DNA of 39,794 nt from Actinomycetes bacterium (GTDB lineage Bacteria; Actinomycetota; Acidimicrobiia; Acidimicrobiales; Bog-793). The stretch lies in NCBI GenBank assembly GCA_021794645.1, contig JAJYQK010000017.1, positions 1-39,794 of the forward strand, given 5' to 3'. Below are positions 33,170 through 39,794 of the stretch, one piece after another. The notes under the pieces are model-generated. The model had not been told where the DNA came from. It saw nothing but the letters and a program-made list of their open reading frames with translations, and ran no database searches. Numbering within the stretch: the first letter of the stretch is position 1; each line of letters begins with the position of its first letter. The position numbers and the translations under genes were made by a program.

Positions 33170-34038
33170 CAGGCCAGCCCGGCGGCGACGAGCCGGCCGA
33201 GCGACTCCCGCCACTCCGGGAGGAGAGGATCGCCTTCGAGGCGCAGCACGGCGTTCTCGAGGACCGAGTTGGCCGGCCGAGCTGCCGGACGGCGGGGCAC
33301 GAGCTCGTCGGTCGAGATGGGCACCACCCGCTCGGGGCCGAGGCCGGCGGCGGCCATGACCTCCCGGGCGACATCGAACCAGGTCGCCTCTCCCCTGTTC
33401 GTGACGTGGAAGAGGCCGGGCCGACGGGCGATCGCCAGCTCGAGCACCTTGGCGGCCAGATCGGCCGCCACTGTCGGGCTCCCCCGCTGATCGTCAACGA
33501 AGCGCAGTTCGCCTGTGCTCTCGCGGCCGAGGCGGAGGATGGTCTTCGCCATGTTGGCGCCCGTCTTCGACATCAGCCAGGCGGTCCTCACGACGGTGGC
33601 CGACTGGCCTGCCTCCTTCTCCCCGGCGAGCTTGGAACGACCGTAGACCGAGAGCGGGGCGGGCTCGTCCCACTCGAGGTAGGGGCGGCCGAGGTTGCCG
33701 TCGAAGACGTAGTCGGTCGAGACGTAGACGAGGTGGGCCGAGGCGAGGCGGGCGGCCTCGGCGAGGTACCTGGTGGAAAGGGCGTTGACGGCAAAGGCCC
33801 GCCCGGGCTCCTCCTCGCAGGCGTCGACCGCCGTGAAGGCGGCTGCGTGGACGATGACGTCGGGCTCGAAAGAGAGGGTGGCGGCCATCACCTGGTCCCG
33901 CCGGCAGACGTCGAGGGTGGCGTGGCTGCAGGCGAGCAGATCGATCTGTCCCCGGCGGCGCTCCTCGTTGTGCTCGGCCACGAGCCGGACGAGCTCGCTC
34001 CCGAGCTGTCCGCCGGCTCCTGTGAGAAGGAGCCGCAT
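33169..34038 (-). CDS. rmlD: dTDP-4-dehydrorhamnose reductase
   Basis: This is the C-terminal 289 aa of ORF 33169..34398, from ATG 34038 (MRLLLTGAGGQLG). It has the catalytic YGRSK and STDYVFDG. The start overlaps the rmlB stop (TGATG). Confidence 0.92.
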   Translation of the reverse strand: MRLLLTGAGGQLGSELVRLVAEHNEERRRGQIDLLACSHATLDVCRRDQVMAATLSFEPDVIVHAAAFTAVDACEEEPGRAFAVNALSTRYLAEAARLASAHLVYVSTDYVFDGNLGRPYLEWDEPAPLSVYGRSKLAGEKEAGQSATVVRTAWLMSKTGANMAKTILRLGRESTGELRFVDDQRGSPTVAADLAAKVLELAIARRPGLFHVTNRGEATWFDVAREVMAAAGLGPERVVPISTDELVPRRPAARPANSVLENAVLRLEGDPLLPEWRESLGRLVAAGLA

Positions 34039-35048
34039 CAGCGCTCGGCCCAGGCGGTCTCGGCGACGGGAGAGCGGCCTTCGAGCGGCCGCCACCACGC
34101 CTCGTTCTCCTCGTACCAGGCGACCGTCTCGTCGAGGCCCTCCTCGAAGCCGACCCGCGGCTCCCAGCCGAGCTGGCGGCGGATCTTGCCCGAGTCGAGC
34201 AGGTAGCGGCGGTCGTGGCCCGGCCGGTCGGGGACGGTCTGGAGCAGGGAGGCGGGACGGCCTGTGCGGGCGAGGATGCCAGAGGCGAGCTCGCTCACCG
34301 AGGCCTCGCGGCCCGTCCCGACGTTGTAGGTCTCGCCCAGGCTGCCCCGCTCGAGGACCGCCTCGACAGCCCGGCAGTGGTCGAGGACGTGGACCCACTC
34401 CCGCCTGTTCTCGCTCGAGGCGTAGACCGGGAGCGGCTCTCCCTTGAGGGCGCGGGTGGTGAACAGCGGGATGACCTTCTCGGGGAACTGGTAGGGCCCG
34501 TAGTTGTTGCAGCAGTTGGTGATCGTGACCGGGAGGCCGAAGGTCTCGAAGTAGCTGCGCACGACGTGGTCGGCGCCCGCCTTCGAGGCGTTGTAGGGGG
34601 TGCGGGGGCGGTAGGGGCTCTCCTCGTGGAACGAGTCCTCGCTGTCGAGGGGCAGGTCGCCGTAGACCTCGCAGGTCGAGATGTGGTGAAAGCGGGCGAC
34701 GCCCGCCCGGCGGGAGGCTTCGCAGAGGGCCTGGGTGCCGAGCACGTTCGTGCGGAGGAAGAGGGCTGGGTCCAAGACGGCGAGGGAGTTGTGGCTCTCG
34801 GCGGCGAAGTTGACGACGACCTCGCCGCCGGTCTCGCCGAGCAGCCGTTCCATCGCCGGGAGATCGCCGATGTCGCCCTTGACGAAGCGGAGCCGGCCCG
34901 TCTCCTCGAGGCCGGCCAGGTTGGCCAAGTTGCCGGCATAGGTGAGGGCGTCGAGCGCCGTCACCTCGTCATCGGGGTGAGCCTCGAGCCAGTGGCGGCA
35001 GAAGTTGGAGCCGATGAAACCGGCGGCACCGGTCACGAGCAGTCGCAT
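34038..35048 (-). CDS. rmlB: dTDP-glucose 4,6-dehydratase
   Basis: 336 aa with MRLLVTGAAGFIGSNF, HISTCEVYG, the catalytic YNASK and NCCNNYGPYQFPEK. Confidence 0.95.
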   Translation of the reverse strand: MRLLVTGAAGFIGSNFCRHWLEAHPDDEVTALDALTYAGNLANLAGLEETGRLRFVKGDIGDLPAMERLLGETGGEVVVNFAAESHNSLAVLDPALFLRTNVLGTQALCEASRRAGVARFHHISTCEVYGDLPLDSEDSFHEESPYRPRTPYNASKAGADHVVRSYFETFGLPVTITNCCNNYGPYQFPEKVIPLFTTRALKGEPLPVYASSENRREWVHVLDHCRAVEAVLERGSLGETYNVGTGREASVSELASGILARTGRPASLLQTVPDRPGHDRRYLLDSGKIRRQLGWEPRVGFEEGLDETVAWYEENEAWWRPLEGRSPVAETAWAER

Positions 35049-35057
35049 CGCCGCAGG

Positions 35058-35948
35058 CTAACGCCCGGGAGGAGCGCCCTTCGGTCTCAGGTGGACGACG
35101 TCACCCACCCCGAAGGTGGCCTCGCCCACCTCGGTGGCAACCCGCAGCCGGCCGTCTTCCTCTATCGCCAGGGCCTCCCCCTCGACAGCACCAGTCGGGA
35201 GCTCGACCCTCACCTGCTGGCCGAGGGTCGCACAGGCGGCCCGGTACTCCGAGAGCAGGGCCGCCTTCCCCGGCGCCAAGCCAGCTTCGGCGAGTGGGTG
35301 CCAGCGCCGGGCCACCTCCGAGAGGAGGGCGGCCTCGAGTGCGCTCTTGTCCACCGGGCGGCCGGTGAGGCGATCGAGCGAGGTGGCGCGGGTGGCGAGC
35401 TCATCGCCCTCGAGGCCGGCCGGGGGGAAGTCGGCGGGCCAGTTGCAGTTGAGGCCGATGCCGACAACGAGGGCTCTCGGGGCGCTGCCCGGTGTCTCGC
35501 CGACTGTCTCAGCGAGGACGCCGGCCAGCTTGAGCCCGTCCGGGAGAGAGACGAGATCGTTCGGCCACTTGCAGGCGGTCTCGGCGCCGGCCACCTGCTC
35601 ACAGGCCGCCCGGGCCGCGAGCGAGACCGCCATCGGAGCGAGGAACCACTCCTCCAGGGGAAGGCGGGGGCGGAAGAGCAAGGAGCAGAGGATCGAGCCG
35701 CCGGGCGGATCGAGCCAGCGTCGCCCGAGCCTCCCCCGGCCGGCGCTCTGGCTCTCGGCTAGCAGGACGGTCCCCTCGGGGGCGCCCTCCTTGGCCCGCT
35801 CGGCGAGTGCCAGGTTCGTCGAGGGGACCTCGGCCAGCCGCTCGGGCGAGCAGAAGGGGCGCCAAACGGGAGAAGGGGCGACGGGGCGGGTAGCCTGCCC
35901 AGTCGTGTCCCTCCCGGGTCGAAGGCCGGCGAGCCGCTCGTCGGGCAC
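35058..35948 (-). CDS. birA: Biotin--[acetyl-CoA-carboxylase] ligase, group I (no N-terminal HTH)
   Basis: Frame of ORF 35058..36062. It has GRGRLGRRW and KWPNDL, and the C-terminus ends ...GDVVHLR. The start is placed at GTG 35948 ([12 protein letters not shown]..., which resembles the mycobacterial N-terminus). Longer starts would overlap accA on the other strand. Confidence 0.85.
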   Translation of the reverse strand: MPDERLAGLRPGRDTTGQATRPVAPSPVWRPFCSPERLAEVPSTNLALAERAKEGAPEGTVLLAESQSAGRGRLGRRWLDPPGGSILCSLLFRPRLPLEEWFLAPMAVSLAARAACEQVAGAETACKWPNDLVSLPDGLKLAGVLAETVGETPGSAPRALVVGIGLNCNWPADFPPAGLEGDELATRATSLDRLTGRPVDKSALEAALLSEVARRWHPLAEAGLAPGKAALLSEYRAACATLGQQVRVELPTGAVEGEALAIEEDGRLRVATEVGEATFGVGDVVHLRPKGAPPGR

Positions 35949-35955
35949 GGGAGGG

Positions 35956-35961
35956 ACGATA
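35956..35961 (-). promoter_or_regulatory. -10 hexamer TATCGT placed for a leaderless or near-leaderless birA transcript
   Basis: The minus strand reads TATCGT, then ccctccc (7 nt), then GTG 35948. The whole birA/accA divergent spacer is only 31 nt. Confidence 0.3.
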
Positions 35962-35979
35962 GGCCGAGGAAGGGGAGCT

Positions 35980-37746
35980 GTGTTCGAGAAGGTGCTCATC
36001 GCCAACCGGGGTGAGATCGCCGTCCGCGTCATCCGTACCTGCAGGGAGCTCGGGATCGCCACCGTCGCCGTCTACTCCGAGCTAGACCGCGACGCTCTCC
36101 ATGTCCGCCTGGCCGACGAGGCCTACTCCCTCGGCGGCCAGACGGCGGCCGAGAGCTACCTCAACACGCCGGCCATACTGGAGGCGATCGAGCGGAGCGG
36201 GGCCGACGCCGTCCACCCCGGCTATGGCTTCTTCTCCGAGAACGCGGAGTTCGCCCGAGCCGTGAGCGGGGCGGGCGCCACCTTCGTCGGACCGCCCCCC
36301 GGGGCCATCGAGGTCATGGGGGACAAGATCTCCTCCCGCCTGGCAGCAGAGAAGGCCGGCGTCGCCGGTGTGCCGGGCAGGAGTGAGCCGCTCACCGACC
36401 CGGCCGAGGTGATCGCCTTCGGGGAGGAGCACGGCTGGCCGGTCGCCATCAAGGCGGCCTTCGGCGGCGGCGGGCGGGGCATGAAGGTCGTTGCCTCGGC
36501 GGCCGAGGCGAAAGAGGCGATGGAGTCGGCCCAGCGGGAGGCCGTCGCCTACTTCGGGCGGCCCGAGGTCTACCCCGAGAAGTACCTGACCTGGCCCCGC
36601 CACATCGAGATGCAGGTCTTCGCCGATCGGCACGGCAACGCCCTTTGGATCGGGGAGCGGGACTGCTCCTACCAGCGCCGCCACCAAAAGCTCGTGGAGG
36701 AGTCGCCGGCGGCCGACTTCCCAGACGAGATCCGCCGTGCCATGGGCGAGGCCTCGGTCGCCATCTGCCACGCCTGTGACTACGAGGGGGCCGGCACGGT
36801 CGAGTTCCTCTACGAGGACGGGCGCTTTTACTTCCTCGAGATGAACACGCGCCTCCAGGTCGAGCACCCCGTCACCGAGCTCGTGACCGGTCTCGACCTC
36901 GTCGCCCTGCAGCTGCGGGTGGCTGCCGGCGAGCCGATCGGACTCACCCAGGAGGAGGTGGCCGCCCGCCGGAACGGGCATGCCATCGAGTGCCGGGTGA
37001 ACGCCGAGGACCCAGCCGGGGGACGCTTCCTCCCGAGCCCGGGCAAGATCTCGTTCTTCCGCCCGCCGGATGGCTTTGGCACCAGGACTGACGCCGGCTA
37101 CGAGTCGGGCGACACCGTCAGCCAGTTCTACGACAACCTGGTGGCAAAGATCATCGTCTGGGGAGAAGACCGCGAGATCGCCCGCCGGCGCATGCTGCGG
37201 GCGCTCGCCGAGACGGCCGTCGAGGGCGTGGCGACCACCATCCCCGCCCACCAGGCCATCCTCTCCCACGACGACTTCGTGGCGGCGGCCCACTCCACGC
37301 GCTGGGTCGAAGAACGCCTCGACCTCTCGGGCGTGACGGCCAGCCCGGCCACCGTCGCCGAGGGCGACGACGGGGAGCGGCGGGTGCTGCGCGAGGTCGA
37401 CGCCGAGGTGGACGGGCGTCGCTACCGGGTGAAGCTCTGGCTGCCCGACCTCGGCGAGGCCGCCTCCTCACCCGCCAGCGGCGCCAGGCCCACCCGCTCC
37501 AAGCGGGCGGCAAGCGGACCGGTGGCCGGCGGCGACGGCAACGTCACGGTCCCGATGCAGGGCACCATCGTGAAGGTGATGGTGAAAGAGGGCGACGCCG
37601 TCGAGGCCGGCCAGACGATCTGCGTGCTCGAGGCCATGAAGATGGAGAACCCCATCAACGCCGACCGGGCCGGCAAGGTGAAGGAGCTGAAGGTGAAACC
37701 GGGCGACGCCCTTGGCGCCGGCGACGTCGTGGCGGTGCTCGAGTGA
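35980..37746 (+). CDS. accA: Acyl-CoA carboxylase alpha subunit (biotin carboxylase fused to biotin carboxyl carrier domain)
   Basis: This is the C-terminal 588 aa of ORF 35116..37746, from GTG 35980 (SD GGAAGGGGAG). The sequence reads [21 protein letters not shown]. It has the ATP-grasp GGGGRGM, then [14 protein letters not shown], and the C-terminal biotinyl motif EAMKMEN. Confidence 0.95.
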   Translation: MFEKVLIANRGEIAVRVIRTCRELGIATVAVYSELDRDALHVRLADEAYSLGGQTAAESYLNTPAILEAIERSGADAVHPGYGFFSENAEFARAVSGAGATFVGPPPGAIEVMGDKISSRLAAEKAGVAGVPGRSEPLTDPAEVIAFGEEHGWPVAIKAAFGGGGRGMKVVASAAEAKEAMESAQREAVAYFGRPEVYPEKYLTWPRHIEMQVFADRHGNALWIGERDCSYQRRHQKLVEESPAADFPDEIRRAMGEASVAICHACDYEGAGTVEFLYEDGRFYFLEMNTRLQVEHPVTELVTGLDLVALQLRVAAGEPIGLTQEEVAARRNGHAIECRVNAEDPAGGRFLPSPGKISFFRPPDGFGTRTDAGYESGDTVSQFYDNLVAKIIVWGEDREIARRRMLRALAETAVEGVATTIPAHQAILSHDDFVAAAHSTRWVEERLDLSGVTASPATVAEGDDGERRVLREVDAEVDGRRYRVKLWLPDLGEAASSPASGARPTRSKRAASGPVAGGDGNVTVPMQGTIVKVMVKEGDAVEAGQTICVLEAMKMENPINADRAGKVKELKVKPGDALGAGDVVAVLE

Positions 37747-38924
37747 GCACCGAGGCGGCGGCGAAAGAGGCGACCCGGGCCTACCTCGACCGGCGGAGCC
37801 CCGAGCTGGTCGGGCTCTCCCACCGGATCCACGCCCACCCCGAGATCCGCTTCGAGGAGGAGCGCTCCTCTGCCTGGTGCGCCGAGATGCTGGGCGAAGC
37901 GGGCTTCAAGGTCGACTCGGGCATCTGCGGCTTGCCGACCGCCTTCTCGGCCAGCGCCGGCTCGGGACCGCTCACGATCGCCGTCTGCGCCGAGTACGAC
38001 GCCCTCCCCGACGTCGGTCACGCCTGTGGCCACAACGTCATCGCGGCAGCTGCCGTCGGCGCCGGTCTCGCCCTCGCCCAGGTGGCCGACGACCTCGGCA
38101 TCACGGTGCGGGTGCTCGGCACCCCGGCCGAGGAGGGCGGCGGCGGCAAGATCCTCATGATGGAGCGGGGCGGCTTCGACGGCGTCAACGCCGCCATGAT
38201 GGTCCACCCCGCCCCGGGCGAGCTCGACCGCATGCCCTGCCTGGCGGTCGAGCACATCGACGTCATCTACCGGGGCAAGGAGGCGCACGCCTCCGGCTAC
38301 CCGGACCGCGGCATCAACGCGGCGGACGCTCTCACTGTCGCCCAGGTGGCGATCGGGCTCCTCCGCCAGCAGGCAGAGCCGCTCGACCAGGTGCACGGCA
38401 TCGTCACCCTGGGCGGGGCGGCCCCGAACATCATCCCGGCCCGGACAGAGGCCACGTACTACGTGCGGGCCCGCGACCTCGAGCGCCTCGAGCGGTGGTC
38501 CCCACGGGTGCGAGCCTGCTTCGAGGCCGGAGCCATCGCCACCGGTGCCTCCTTCGAGATCATCGAGCAGGGTCCCACCTACTCCGAGTTCGAGGTGGAC
38601 GAGAAGATGGCGGCGGCCTACGTCGCCAACGCCACAGCCATCGGGCGGGTCTTCCCCGAGCCGGGCAGCCGCTCCCTGCACGCCTCAACCGACATGGCCA
38701 ACGTCTCGCTCGCCATCCCCTCGATCCACCCGATGCTCGGTCTCGACTGCCTGCCGGCCGTCAACCACCAGCCGGAGTTCACGGCCGCCGCCGCCTCGCC
38801 GGCGGCCGACCGGGCGGTGGGCGACGGGGCGCTCGCCATGGCCTGGACGGTCATCGACCTCGCCCTCGACGAGGCGGAGCGGAGCCGCCTCGGCGCCAAG
38901 GCCTACGCCGCCCCGGCCAGCTGA
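37743..38924 (+). CDS. M20D-family amidohydrolase (aminoacylase/AbgB-like)
   Basis: 393 aa with [16 protein letters not shown] and [11 protein letters not shown]. The GTG start overlaps the accA stop (GTGA at 37743..37746). Confidence 0.85.
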   Translation: MSTEAAAKEATRAYLDRRSPELVGLSHRIHAHPEIRFEEERSSAWCAEMLGEAGFKVDSGICGLPTAFSASAGSGPLTIAVCAEYDALPDVGHACGHNVIAAAAVGAGLALAQVADDLGITVRVLGTPAEEGGGGKILMMERGGFDGVNAAMMVHPAPGELDRMPCLAVEHIDVIYRGKEAHASGYPDRGINAADALTVAQVAIGLLRQQAEPLDQVHGIVTLGGAAPNIIPARTEATYYVRARDLERLERWSPRVRACFEAGAIATGASFEIIEQGPTYSEFEVDEKMAAAYVANATAIGRVFPEPGSRSLHASTDMANVSLAIPSIHPMLGLDCLPAVNHQPEFTAAAASPAADRAVGDGALAMAWTVIDLALDEAERSRLGAKAYAAPAS

Positions 38925-39794
38925 TCAGCGGGAAGGCCGGTAGACCCCGAAGACCTGGCGGAGCACCTCGGAGACCTCGCCGAGGGTCGCCTCGGCCTTG
39001 AGGGCCCGGCGCATCGGCCCGAGCAGGTTGCCCGTCCCCCGGGCGGCCTGCCCGAGAGCCTCGAGGGCGGCCGTGACGGCGCCGTTGTCCCTCCTCTGGC
39101 GCAGCTGTCGGACCCGCTCCACCTGCTGGGCCTGCAGGGCCGGGTCGATCGGGAAGACCTCCGGCTCGCCGGCCCCCTCGTCGACGAAGCGGTTCACTCC
39201 GACGACGACCTTCTCCCCCGAGTCGACCGCCTTGGCATAGGCGTAGGCCGCCTGCTCGATCTCTTCTTGCATGTAGCCCTGCTCGATGGCGACGACGGCG
39301 CCGCCCATCTCGTCGATCCGCTCCAGGTACTCGCCCGCCCGCCGCTCGACCTCGTCGGTCAGCCACTCGAGGTAGTACGAGCCGGCCAGCGGGTCGACCG
39401 TGTCGGTCGCGCCCGACTCGTAGCCGATGATCTGCTGGGTGCGCAGCGCCAGCTTGGCCGCCCTCGTCGTCGGGAGCCCGAGCGCCTCGTCGAAGCCGTT
39501 CGTGTGCAGGCTCTGGGTCCCGCCGAGGACGGCCGAGAGCGCCTGGGTGGTGACCCGGATGATGTTGTTCTCGGGCTGCTGGGCGGTGAGCGTCGAGCCG
39601 CCGGTCTGGGCGTGGAAGCGGAGCCGGAGGGAGCGGGGGTTCCTCGCCCCGAAGCGCTCGGACATGATGGCGGCCCACATCCTCCGGGCCGCCCGGAACT
39701 TGGCCACCTCCTCGAAGAGGTTGTTGTGGGCGTTGAAGAAGAAGCTGAGGCGGGGGGCGAAGTCGTCCACGTCGAGGCCGGCCGCCAGGGCGGC
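38925..39794 (-). CDS. Methylmalonyl-CoA mutase family catalytic (large) subunit, C-terminal part. The N-terminus lies beyond the right edge.
   Basis: ORF 38925..39770 continues in frame to 39794 (...[77 protein letters not shown]). The protein ends after the barrel and linker region without a B12-binding domain. Confidence 0.9.
   Translation of the reverse strand, partial: AALAAGLDVDDFAPRLSFFFNAHNNLFEEVAKFRAARRMWAAIMSERFGARNPRSLRLRFHAQTGGSTLTAQQPENNIIRVTTQALSAVLGGTQSLHTNGFDEALGLPTTRAAKLALRTQQIIGYESGATDTVDPLAGSYYLEWLTDEVERRAGEYLERIDEMGGAVVAIEQGYMQEEIEQAAYAYAKAVDSGEKVVVGVNRFVDEGAGEPEVFPIDPALQAQQVERVRQLRQRRDNGAVTAALEALGQAARGTGNLLGPMRRALKAEATLGEVSEVLRQVFGVYRPSR

Noticed and set aside
38919-38930. 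Palindromic TGATCA formed by the abutting stop codons of the convergent M20D and mutase genes (zero intergenic bases).
   Set aside because: This is an arithmetical consequence of TGA meeting TCA. No hairpin or further symmetry surrounds it. It only implies that neither gene has a local terminator.

Overview
This is a 39.8-kb, visibly very GC-rich window (about 70% by eye, not computed). It is almost fully coding, and I read it as core chromosome of a high-GC Actinomycetota member. I support 36 protein genes, two of them cut by the window edges. I found no rRNA or tRNA gene, no CRISPR array, and no transposase, integrase, phage, toxin-antitoxin or recognisable defence genes.

Gene order joins several neighbourhoods that are conserved in actinobacteria:
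- nrdR / LysM SOS gene / lexA, with three Cheo-type SOS boxes in the divergent spacer
- an orphan divergent cytochrome b
- a coupled chain miaA-dapF-hflX-dapC-dapD-dapE
- a short hpf behind a 372-nt structured spacer
- manB-trm112-SIS isomerase-ahcY
- a CPBP protease divergent from ftsH
- a large GT2 membrane glycosyltransferase plus a DUF5719-like partner
- a 13-gene co-directional cell-envelope sugar operon: birA-rmlB-rmlD-wbbL-Ser/Thr-rich protein-manC-galE-like-cofD-cofE-3xGT4-SDR
- accA (biotin carboxylase + BCCP) coupled to an M20D amidohydrolase
- the 3' part of a methylmalonyl-CoA mutase catalytic subunit

Many long ORFs in the track are out-of-frame or antisense shadows typical of high-GC DNA. 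Several listed ORFs carry spurious N-terminal extensions that I trimmed using in-frame starts, SD sequences and stop/start overlaps.

My honest assessment is that this is an ordinary housekeeping and cell-envelope region. I do not see a convincing brand-new system. The best leads are:
- F420 genes, with a single-domain CofE, translationally welded into the glycan operon
- the orphan cytochrome b with a large insert
- the GT2/DUF5719 pair
- the repeat-bearing Ser/Thr-rich envelope protein
- the structured 372-nt non-coding spacer
- a likely CTG-initiated miaA

Motif coordinates that I located by hand may be off by 1-2 nt.
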